A stretch of DNA of 64,000 nucleotides, from positions 256,001 to 320,000 of the forward strand of contig CAXXQS010000002.1 in the NCBI GenBank assembly GCA_963674735.2, in the 5' to 3' direction. The notes below the pieces were generated by a model. That model worked only from the letters and a program-made list of their open reading frames with translations. It did not search any database and was not told where the DNA came from. Position 1 is the stretch's first letter. Each line of letters opens with the position of its first letter. This document shows positions 52,148 through 60,911 of this stretch, piece after piece. A program made the position numbers and the translations under genes. The DNA is from Myxococcota bacterium. GTDB lineage: Bacteria; Myxococcota_A; SURF-8.

Positions 52148-53455
52148 TCAGAATTTTTCCAACAGTTTCGCCAATTGGCCGGGATTGCGCTCGGCCAGCG
52201 CGTAGGTGACGCGCAGCATGGGCTTGTTGACCTTGATGATGCGTTCGAGGTTGATCGGCGTCGCGGCCAGGACCAGGTCGCAGTCGGCAGCATTGATGGT
52301 GGCTTCCAGATCGCGTACCTGCTGGTCGCCGTAACCCATGGCGGGCAGAATAGCGCCGATGCCCGGGTATTTCTTGAAGGTTTCGCTGATCTCGCCGACG
52401 GTGAAGGGACGCGGATCGACGATTTCGGCCGCGCCGTATTTCTTCGCCGCCACCACGCCCGCGCCGAATTTCATTTCGCCGTGGGTCAGGGTGGGGCCGT
52501 CTTCGACCACCAGCACGCGCTTGCCCTTGATGGTCTCGGCATCTTTCACCGTCACCGGGGAGTCGGCTTCGACCACCACGGCTTTGGGCGCCAGCATCTT
52601 GAGGCTTTCGCGGATCGTGGCGATGCCCGCTTCCTCGGCGGTATCCATTTTGTTGATCACCACCACGTCGGCCATACGCAGGTTGGCTTCGCCGGGATGG
52701 TAATAGCGCTCGTGTCCGGCACGGTGCGGATCGACCACCACGATGGAGAGGTCGGGTTTGTAAAAGCTGAAGTCGTTGTTGCCGCCGTCCCACAGGACGA
52801 TGTCGGCTTCTTTTTCGGCTTCGCGCACGATGGCTTCGTAATCCACCCCGGCGTACACCACCTCGCCGTTGTCGATATGCGGCTCGTATTCTTCGCGCTC
52901 TTCGATGGTGCAGTCATGGGTGTCCAGGTCGGCGTATTCGGCGAAGCGCTGCACTTTCTGTTTGACCAGATCGCCGTAGGGCATGGGATGGCGGATGGCC
53001 ACGATTTTCTTGCCCATTTCCTTAAAGATGTCGCAGACGTAGCGCGAGGTCTGGCTTTTGCCGCAGCCGGTACGCACGGCCGTCACCGAGACGAGGGGCC
53101 TGGTGCTTTTCACCTGGGTGTCGCGCGCGCCCAGCATCAGGTAATTGGCCCCGGCCGAAAGCGCCACCGACGCCAGATGCATCACGTGCTCGTGGGTGAC
53201 GTCGGAATAGGCGAACACCGCAAAATCGATGTTGTGTTTCTGGATAATGGCCGTCAGTTCACTTTCCGGCAGAATCGGGATACCGCCGGGATACAGTTTG
53301 CCCGCCAACTCCGCCGGGTACTTGCGTCCGTCGATGTTGGGGATTTGTGTGGCCGTGAACGCCACGACGTCATACTCGCTGTTGTCGCGGAAATAAACGT
53401 TGAAATTGTGAAAATCACGTCCGGCCGCTCCGAGGATTACGACTTTCTTCGCCAT
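52148..53455 (-). CDS. cDPGS/GTPase-annotated P-loop protein; probable arginine synthetase (ArcE family)
   Basis: GAAGRDFHNFN N-terminus; RTGCGKS P-loop; RHPMPYG; TIEEREEYEPH; WDGGNND; VEDGPT; first gene of an operon with arcC and OTC. Confidence 0.8.
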   Translation of the reverse strand: MAKKVVILGAAGRDFHNFNVYFRDNSEYDVVAFTATQIPNIDGRKYPAELAGKLYPGGIPILPESELTAIIQKHNIDFAVFAYSDVTHEHVMHLASVALSAGANYLMLGARDTQVKSTRPLVSVTAVRTGCGKSQTSRYVCDIFKEMGKKIVAIRHPMPYGDLVKQKVQRFAEYADLDTHDCTIEEREEYEPHIDNGEVVYAGVDYEAIVREAEKEADIVLWDGGNNDFSFYKPDLSIVVVDPHRAGHERYYHPGEANLRMADVVVINKMDTAEEAGIATIRESLKMLAPKAVVVEADSPVTVKDAETIKGKRVLVVEDGPTLTHGEMKFGAGVVAAKKYGAAEIVDPRPFTVGEISETFKKYPGIGAILPAMGYGDQQVRDLEATINAADCDLVLAATPINLERIIKVNKPMLRVTYALAERNPGQLAKLLEKF

Positions 53456-53726
53456 GGAACCCTACCTCCTGCTTGCTGTCTGTTTTGAAAAACCATACCT
53501 ATTTCGGGTTCCCGTACCCGGCCAGTGGATGATCGGGGAAATCGCGAAGATTTCGGACGGCCAGGAAGCCGTCACGGGATAAGAGGGAGGACTGGGTCGA
53601 CTCCCGTGGGGTATAGGTCTACCGAAGGTGAGCGGGCTTGTCAAGTCCCCCGTGTGAAAAGTCGATGAAAATCGAGCGATATGGTATGCTTGAGCCGCTC
53701 GTCGATTGACCCTCAGGGAGGTTATG

Positions 53727-54525
53727 ATGGATATCCGCGACCATAACAAACGGGCTTGGAATCGCCAGGTTGAACAAAAAAATCCATGGACCGTCCCGGT
53801 GTCCGCCGACACGATCGCGCGGGCGCGCCGGGATGACTGGCAGATCGTGCTGACGCCCACCAAGCCGGTTCCGCGCGACTGGTTCCCGCCGCTTGTAGGC
53901 TGCCGCGTGTTGGGCCTGGCCTCCGGCGGCGGTCAGCAGGGGCCGATTCTGGCGGCGGCGGGCGCGGCGGTGACCATCCTCGACAACTCCCCGGCGCAGT
54001 TGGCCCAGGACCGCCTGGTGGCCGAGCGCGAGGGCTTCGACATGTGTCTGGTGGAAGGCGACATGCGCGATTTGTCGCCGTTTGCCGACGCCAGCTTCGA
54101 CTTTATCGTGCATCCCGTCTCGAATATTTTCGTACCCGACATCCTTCCCATGTGGCGCGAAGCCTTCCGGGTGCTGGCCCCCGGCGGCACGCTCATCGCG
54201 GGTATGGTTAATCCCCTCACCTATTGTTTCGATCTGGAATTACAGGAGAAAGGGGTTTTGACGGCCCGGTATTCGCTGCCTTATTCCGACCTGGAAAGCC
54301 TGACGTCCGAAGAACGTGAGCGTTATCTCGGCCTGGAGGAGCCGGTGGAGTGGAGTCACACGCTTGAGGAGCAGATCGGCGGTCAGTTGGCGGCGGGTTT
54401 CATGTTGACCGGCTTCTACGAGGACGGTTGGGGGCGACCATCATGCCGTAGGGGAGTTGTTCGACCGCTTTGCCCCCTTCTTTTTTGCGACGTGCGCACA
54501 AAAACCGGGGGGAGCCGGCATCTGA
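53727..54525 (+). pseudogene. class I SAM methyltransferase with apparent +1 frameshift near the C-terminus
   Basis: [10 protein letters not shown] motif; deleting one G from the G5 run at 54430-54434 gives a family-like end ([26 protein letters not shown]...*) at TGA 54523-54525. Confidence 0.65.
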
Positions 54526-54651
54526 AACGACCGTCCACTTGTCGCAATCCGAGCGCCGAGGCGACATTTCGGTTGCATGACGTGTTGGCACGGGTATACT
54601 GATTCCATACCAAGTATCGAAATTCGCCGCGGAAACCCAAAAGGATGGTCC

Positions 54652-55959
54652 ATGATGGTACGAGCGTGGTTAACGGCATTGCTTGCCATGTTGGTGGTGT
54701 CTGCTTGTAGTGGAGATCCCCAGGTGAATGGTGACACCGACGGCGACGCGACCGACGGCGACGTGACCGACGGCGACGTGACCGACGGCGACGCGACCGA
54801 CGGCGACGCGACCGACGGCGACGCGACCGACGGCGATGCGACCGACGGCGATGCGACCGACGGCGATGCGACCGACGGCGATGCAACCGACGGGGATGCG
54901 GACGGCGAAGACGTCGCGGCGCCGGAACCTCGTTGCGAGGTCCGTGCGTCGAACAACGACGAGGATTGCGACGGCGAACCCGACAGTTACTGCAAACGCA
55001 ACGAATACAACGAACACGGCCTCGAAACCCTGCATGAAGAAGATAAGGACTGCGATGGGGTGGCGGATTACAATTGCATCTATACCACCTACGACGACGG
55101 GCGTATGGCGACCTATCGCAGCGATCCGGATTGTGCCGTCGCGGATGCCATTTCTCCGCTCTGTGCAAGTTATCAGTACGCTGTCAACGGTGATCTGAAG
55201 CGCGTCGATTACGATCATGGTTGTTTGGGTGCCGTTTCCGAATGCGTTTTGTACGAGTACGACGCGAACCACAACTTGCTTTCTCAGGCGGTCGATACCG
55301 GGTGCGACGGCAGCCACGATCGAGGATGCCGTTACCAGACCTACGATAACCGGAATCTGTTGATCGGCGAATACAACGAAGACGCTTGCGACGGCCTGCG
55401 GACGAACTGCGTCGGATATACCTACAACAACGATAAACGGCCTTTGCAGGAAAACTGGGATTTCGATTGCGATGAGGTGGACGACCAATGCCGGTTATGG
55501 AGCTATACGGCGTCCGGTGCCGTATCCGAAAGCGGGGTGGACGACGACTGCGACGGCACGGCGGATCGCGAATGCCAATCCTTCACCTACAACGGTCGGG
55601 GCCTTCAAGCTCTGGCGCGCTCGGAGGAGGACTGCAACGGCAACGCCGAGGTTCGGGAGACGACTTACGACGACGCAGACCGTGTGACGGAAATACAAAT
55701 CTATTACTGCGGCGGCGCTCCGGAAACCTGCGGAGATCCCATCGTTTGCTCCACGATCACCTATGATTCGGACGATCAGATCACGCGGCTCGTTGAAGAC
55801 AAATTTTGCAACGGTCCCGGAGAACTGGACGATTGGTGTGTGGATTTCGCCTATGACTTGCAGGGGAACAGGACTCAGGAAACCGTCGACAGGCAATGCG
55901 ACGGTGTCTGCGATGAGATCGATAACGCGGAATACGTCTGTTTCGATTCCGCACGGTGA
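54652..55959 (+). CDS. surface lipoprotein with TDGD stalk and Cys/YD-like repeats
   Basis: Lipobox VSAC; 11 x TDGD[AV]; about 12 repeats of YxYD..G...D.DCDG..D..C. Confidence 0.85.
   Translation: MMVRAWLTALLAMLVVSACSGDPQVNGDTDGDATDGDVTDGDVTDGDATDGDATDGDATDGDATDGDATDGDATDGDATDGDADGEDVAAPEPRCEVRASNNDEDCDGEPDSYCKRNEYNEHGLETLHEEDKDCDGVADYNCIYTTYDDGRMATYRSDPDCAVADAISPLCASYQYAVNGDLKRVDYDHGCLGAVSECVLYEYDANHNLLSQAVDTGCDGSHDRGCRYQTYDNRNLLIGEYNEDACDGLRTNCVGYTYNNDKRPLQENWDFDCDEVDDQCRLWSYTASGAVSESGVDDDCDGTADRECQSFTYNGRGLQALARSEEDCNGNAEVRETTYDDADRVTEIQIYYCGGAPETCGDPIVCSTITYDSDDQITRLVEDKFCNGPGELDDWCVDFAYDLQGNRTQETVDRQCDGVCDEIDNAEYVCFDSAR
54736..54900 (+). repeat. 15-bp coding tandem repeat, 11 copies
   Basis: ACCGACGGCGA(C/T)G(C/T)G x 11. 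Confidence 0.95.
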
Positions 55960-55969
55960 AGCCGTCGGC

Positions 55970-56728
55970 TTAATCCCGCCCGTATTCGCGCGCAAAAGCC
56001 GGTTGGGTGGCGGATTCGACGCCCAGAGGAGCCGCGAGCAGGGTGTCCATTTCCTGGCGATAGCTGGCAATCAGATCGTCGAGCGGACGGTCGGCGTCGA
56101 CGTAGATGGGCCGTCCGAAGCGGACTTCGACCTCACCGGGCAGGATGCTCATGCCCCCGATTTTGAGAATCTGGTCGCTGCCGATCACCGCCACCGGCTG
56201 AATCGGACGGCGGCAGGCCTGCGCCAGGTGGAACCCGCCTTTTTTGATCGGCTGCAAGACGCGTCCCCCGCGAGGATTGCGCGTTCCTTCGGGAAAAACG
56301 AGGAAATTCATGTCGGCGTCGATCTCACTGGCGGCTTGCTTGAGCGCCGCCACGGACCCGCGGCTGTCTTTTCGGTTGATGAAGATCATGCCCACCATTT
56401 TCATCGACCAGCCGAGGAAGGGAATCTTGCCCAGGGTGTCTTTTGAAATGAAGCTCAACCCGGCGGGGATCGCGCTCATCAGGATGGGGATGTCGGCCTG
56501 TGAGACGTGATTGCTCATGTAAATCAACGGCATATGGAAGTCGAGTTTTTCCGCTCCCACCACGCGCAGCCGAACGCGGAAGATCCACAGCAGGCTGCGC
56601 GCCCAGGCACGAATCATCATGTAAGCGCGACTGCGACGGCCGGTAACCACAGCCAGAACGGCCACCCAAACGGTGTAAAACACGGTGACCCACGTCAGCA
56701 CGAAGAAACTGTAGATGCTGCGTAACAT
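55970..56728 (-). CDS. plsC: 1-acyl-sn-glycerol-3-phosphate acyltransferase
   Basis: NHVSQAD; FINR; FPEGTR; KKGGF; TTGACA-16bp-TAGAAT promoter at 56782-56809. Confidence 0.9.
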   Translation of the reverse strand: MLRSIYSFFVLTWVTVFYTVWVAVLAVVTGRRSRAYMMIRAWARSLLWIFRVRLRVVGAEKLDFHMPLIYMSNHVSQADIPILMSAIPAGLSFISKDTLGKIPFLGWSMKMVGMIFINRKDSRGSVAALKQAASEIDADMNFLVFPEGTRNPRGGRVLQPIKKGGFHLAQACRRPIQPVAVIGSDQILKIGGMSILPGEVEVRFGRPIYVDADRPLDDLIASYRQEMDTLLAAPLGVESATQPAFAREYGRD

Positions 56729-57424
56729 GATGACTCCTTGTGTTGCCCCGTTTCCCGCCCGACCTGCAAGACTGACACGTCATTCTAGTGATCAAATCCC
56801 AAATGTCAAGCCCAAATATGTCGTGGGCGTGATGAATAACCGAAAAACGGATGCTGCTGGAACGAACCCGCTCAGCGACGGCCTGCTTGGGTTCTTGCCG
56901 GATAAACACCGGGTCAGAGGGAAAGTGTCACCCGCAATCGATCGCTTTTTCATGGCCGCTGAGGCGGAGGCGGTAGCGGTGGGTGAATCGAGCGTGACGT
57001 CAGAGAAGCAAGCAACTGTGGTGACGGCAGGAGGAAGGGAAACCCTTTCCTTGATGGTGGGCCTTGTGGATTTCTTCTGGTTCGTTCTGTTCCCCGGTTT
57101 TGGGATTAGAAGCTTTTTTCTTCCACACATTCGGCATTTATATGTTCCTTTTCCTGGTTTACCCTGCTTGCGGCATGCCATTCTCCCTTCTTTTGTGGCG
57201 CTGGACGTTCCGTTGAACCTTTAAGACTGTTCTCTGGCAATATAATATTACATATTTTGTAATAGATGATTTCCAGAATAACTATTTTGAATGTTTAATG
57301 TATAGAATGGATTTGTTACAAACGGGGAAGATGGCCAACCTGTCGCCCATTTTCCTGGAGATCAAGGTTCATGGCGCGATGGGCTACTTTTTATGTCGCG
57401 CGCCGATTCGAAAAACCGCGCCCG

Positions 57425-58054
57425 CTAAAACGCCACCCCCACATAAGCGAAAATCTCTGGGGCGTGCATCTCACAGCCTAGATCGTCCCCGAGTTTAGCC
57501 GCCGGCACGCGCAGTTCGAACCCGCTTTTCAACGCCAGCCAGTCGAATAAATGATAGAGATAGGACGCATGGGTCGCCACGATCAGCTTGAAAAACTCTT
57601 CGCCGAACTTGGAGCAGGGCGCGTCCTGATAATCCCCCTCGGATTTCGACGGAAAGACCCCGACGCCCAAGCCCAGCCCCAGACGCACTTCGTGCCGATT
57701 CTCGACACCGAGCGGCACACGCAGACCCAGCTCCGTTCCACCTTGGCTCACGATATAGCCACCCCCCGGAAAATGCGTCACGCCATTGAGGATGTTCCAA
57801 TAGAAATACGAGTATTTGAGGGTGAAGAATTCGCCTCGAAGTACACCCCAGTAATTGCCGCCGCCCACGCCCAGCGCGGCCCATTCCACATCGAAGGCCA
57901 GTGGATCTCCCAAGTCGCCCTGGTTTGTTTCGGTGGCCGGGGCCTTTTCTTCAACCGCCGCCGCGTCATCTGTCACTGAGGGTTCATCGGCCGCCCAGGC
58001 GGGCAACGCCATCAGCCATACACAGAGAGAGAAAATCCACGTGATACGCATCAT
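57425..58054 (-). CDS. secreted outer-membrane beta-barrel-like protein
   Basis: Signal peptide (ALPAWA); amphipathic strands; C-terminal YVGVAF; start approximate. Confidence 0.6.
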   Translation of the reverse strand: MMRITWIFSLCVWLMALPAWAADEPSVTDDAAAVEEKAPATETNQGDLGDPLAFDVEWAALGVGGGNYWGVLRGEFFTLKYSYFYWNILNGVTHFPGGGYIVSQGGTELGLRVPLGVENRHEVRLGLGLGVGVFPSKSEGDYQDAPCSKFGEEFFKLIVATHASYLYHLFDWLALKSGFELRVPAAKLGDDLGCEMHAPEIFAYVGVAF

Positions 58055-58249
58055 ATCGATTCCCGCCAAATCTATTAATTCATCACCCTAAGTATACATA
58101 TCCGCGAATAATTGGCAAGCGGGGGCACAAAAATACCCGCCGCAGCACGACGGGCTTTGCATGTCGGATTGGTCGCCGGTTGGGTGAAGCGCGCGGCGTT
58201 TCACGTCTAAACTTTACACCGTTTTCCACTCACTCTAATTCGGTTTGCG

Positions 58250-58325
58250 GGGTGCCATGGGCCAAGCCTTTGGCTTGCCCATGCTGTTTTCACGGGCAAA
58301 CCTGACGGTTTGGCCCGTGCCACCC
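58250..58325. repeat. REP-like family C inverted doublet
   Basis: GGGTGCCATGGGCCAAGCC..GGCTTGCCCATG and inverted copy GGGTGGCACGGGCCAAACC..GGTTTGCCCGTG; each is itself a hairpin. Confidence 0.65.
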
Positions 58326-58390
58326 ATCATGAATCGATGATTATTCGAGACTCAATCAGAATTGAAACGCCCTAAGCGAAGCGCTCGGCG

Positions 58391-59611
58391 TCAGTCCAGC
58401 ACGATGGCACGCGCCAGAAGCTTCCACAAGTGCACCGACTCCCAGGAACGTTTGTAAGTACCGGCCAGATTGTGGATGCCGTCGTAGCAGTTCACACAGG
58501 GCGTGCACACCTGCTTGGCCCCGGTGCGGTCGATCTGCTCCACCTTGGTCTTGCCCGCGTAGGTGCGCGCGTTTTTGAAGCCCGAAATCAGCGCGCCGCC
58601 GCCACCGGTGCAACAATAGTTATCGGCCCGGTTGGGCGTCATCTCCACGAAGTGGGGGGCCACATGCTTGAGCACGAAACGCGCGTCCTCGTCGATGGCC
58701 TCGAAGCCGTGCACACTGGCTTTGCGCACGGCGTTGCAGGGATCGTGCAAGGTGACGAGTTCCTCGTTTTTCGAGGGATCGAGCTTGAAGCGCCCCTCGC
58801 GGATCCATTGGGCGTACAGCTTTACCACGTGGGTGACGGCGAACGGCGGGGTGATGCCGAAACGCTCGTAGCCCTGCAAGGTGGCGAAATAGCCGTGGCC
58901 GCATTCGGTATAGGCCATGCGCGGACAGCCCAGACGCTCCACTTCGGCCACCTGTTTGCGCAAGGTGGTTTCCCAGATTTCATCGTCCCCGGTGAACATG
59001 GCGTAGTTGGTGCCCTCCCACCACTTCTTGGACAGCGTCCAGCTCACCCCGGCGGCGTGGAAAATCTTGAAGATATCCTGCAGGTCGCCGGGATAATACA
59101 TGGGCAGCTTGGAATTGATGGTGACGAAAAACTCCGCCCCTTCCTTCTCGACCGGCGGCTCGAAACCCGGAATCGCTTCGGCCAGTTCCTCGGCCATCCA
59201 GTCCACCGTCTCCATCCAGTCGTCCGGTTCGAGCGCCATGTTGTTCGAAAATTGGAGATGCTGCTCGGCGGTTTTCTGGATCTGTCCGGGAGATTGGTCC
59301 TTGGGCACCAGGGAACGCGCCAGACTGACGATGGCGCTCAGGTCCACGCCCACCGGGCAATTGTAGGCGCAGCGTCCGCAGTTGGTGCAGTGCCAGATCC
59401 AGTCCTGCTCCACCAAACGTTCGCCTTGGCCGGTTTGCACCAGGCGCACCAGGCGGCGCGGGTCGAGCCGTTCCTCGCTCCAGTCGGCGATGGGACAGCC
59501 CGTCACACAGGCTCCGCAGGAGATGCAGCGGTCGCCCCCGGCTTCGGTCACGAGTTGCCGAAGTTTGCGGCGGGCGTCGAGTTTTTGCTTCTGATCCAGA
59601 TCCACCGGCAT
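58391..59611 (-). CDS. Fe-S oxidoreductase (HdrC-like 2x[4Fe-4S] plus CCG domains), GlpC substitute
   Basis: CISCGACVTGCP; CTNCGRCAYNCP; ECGH; HDPC; CCTGGG; PCVNC; start MPVDL at 59611. Confidence 0.85.
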   Translation of the reverse strand: MPVDLDQKQKLDARRKLRQLVTEAGGDRCISCGACVTGCPIADWSEERLDPRRLVRLVQTGQGERLVEQDWIWHCTNCGRCAYNCPVGVDLSAIVSLARSLVPKDQSPGQIQKTAEQHLQFSNNMALEPDDWMETVDWMAEELAEAIPGFEPPVEKEGAEFFVTINSKLPMYYPGDLQDIFKIFHAAGVSWTLSKKWWEGTNYAMFTGDDEIWETTLRKQVAEVERLGCPRMAYTECGHGYFATLQGYERFGITPPFAVTHVVKLYAQWIREGRFKLDPSKNEELVTLHDPCNAVRKASVHGFEAIDEDARFVLKHVAPHFVEMTPNRADNYCCTGGGGALISGFKNARTYAGKTKVEQIDRTGAKQVCTPCVNCYDGIHNLAGTYKRSWESVHLWKLLARAIVLD

Positions 59612-59631
59612 AGTGATACCTCGTGTAACGG

Positions 59632-60909
59632 CTAGTGTTCGAGCATGGCGGCGTTGACGGCCGCGACACCGGTTGCAATGGAAATACCCGCGCCCGATTT
59701 CTCGCGCACCCAGTCGTGATGCGCCAGAACCGCTCCGGCGGCATGGCAATTGGCGAAAATCGGTTTCCCGTCCTGGCCCAACGGCCGCAATTGTCGATCC
59801 ACCTCGACGCCGACGCGGTTGAGGGCGTGCCCCGGCGCTCCGAGGAAGCTGGCCATGTGCCATTCATCGCGGGTGGGCGGAACCTCCAGATCGAGACCCA
59901 GAAGCGGTTCGCGCACGCCCGTCTGCGACGCCACCAGTCCGCCGCCGAAGAAACGTCCGGTGGCCAGAATGACGTCGTTGCAAACGATTTCCGTGTCCAG
60001 CGAGCGCCCGGCGCGCACGACGGCCTGAATGCGTCCCTCGCCGGTTTTAAGCGCTTTGATCGGCATGCCCTGGCGGTAGGCCGCGCCGCGGCTGAACAGA
60101 TCGTCGCGCAGCCAGTTGGCCAGGCGCATACCCGGCAAGGCAGGGGAAAGCAGCGGGATTTCGAACACCGAGACGCCCAAGCGGGTTTCGAGATCGTGCA
60201 CGATGTCCATCACGTTCACCATGCCCAATAGCGCGGGCAGGCCCAGATAGCGCGCCGAGCCGAGCTGCGGTTTCAGCTTTGCGGCGAAGGCGGCACGAAA
60301 GTCGGCTTTTTCGAACTCGGCGGCCAGATAGGAAACGGTCACGCGCCGGTCGTCGGCCAGAATCTCGCCGAGATCCAGGGTGGCGGCCACGAGACCCGGC
60401 CAGCGGTCCTGCATGTTTTCCACCACCTGGCGCGCGGAGAAGTCGGTCAGGCCCTTGATTCCCGCCACCAGCGTGGGGCGGCGTTCTTCCACGGCCTGGG
60501 CGTTGGCGGCCTGGCTTCCGGGAACGGCATAGGTCGGCTTGAGCGTACCCGCACCGGTCAGGATGGCCACGTTCTCATCGTTTTTAAACGCATAGGCCAG
60601 CGGGCTGTTTTTCAGATACTCGAAAAAATCCGCCAGGTTTTCGCGCACGCCCTTGAGCCCGACTTTTCCGTAGGGATGCTCGGGGTCGCGTTCGATCAGA
60701 TCGCCCAACACTTCCCAGGGATGCGATTGGACGAATTTGGTTTCGGTGGGGTAAACCGCCAAAACGTCGAGCGCACCCGAGGTATAGGGCAGGCTGCCCG
60801 GCGAAGCGGTGACGATTTCCACCGTGCGGTCGAGCTCCAGGGCGCGCCGCGCGGCGGCAAGTCCGGCCAGACCGCCCCCGATGATCAGCGTATCGCAAGT
60901 CGTCGTCAT
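59632..60909 (-). CDS. glpB: anaerobic glycerol-3-phosphate dehydrogenase subunit B
   Basis: IGGGLAG; SGALD; PGMRL; ATGRFFGGGL; SGAGISIATG; downstream of glpA. Confidence 0.9.
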   Translation of the reverse strand: MTTTCDTLIIGGGLAGLAAARRALELDRTVEIVTASPGSLPYTSGALDVLAVYPTETKFVQSHPWEVLGDLIERDPEHPYGKVGLKGVRENLADFFEYLKNSPLAYAFKNDENVAILTGAGTLKPTYAVPGSQAANAQAVEERRPTLVAGIKGLTDFSARQVVENMQDRWPGLVAATLDLGEILADDRRVTVSYLAAEFEKADFRAAFAAKLKPQLGSARYLGLPALLGMVNVMDIVHDLETRLGVSVFEIPLLSPALPGMRLANWLRDDLFSRGAAYRQGMPIKALKTGEGRIQAVVRAGRSLDTEIVCNDVILATGRFFGGGLVASQTGVREPLLGLDLEVPPTRDEWHMASFLGAPGHALNRVGVEVDRQLRPLGQDGKPIFANCHAAGAVLAHHDWVREKSGAGISIATGVAAVNAAMLEH

Positions 60910-60911
60910 GA

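Noticed and set aside
54736-54900. Tandem repeat considered as a CRISPR array
   Set aside because: Contiguous 15-bp units with no spacers, in frame within a lipoprotein; no cas genes.
56900-57060. GAGGGAAAGTG segment considered as RNase P RNA or another known ncRNA
   Set aside because: Lacks the GAGGAAAGUCC core and the other universal RNase P motifs.
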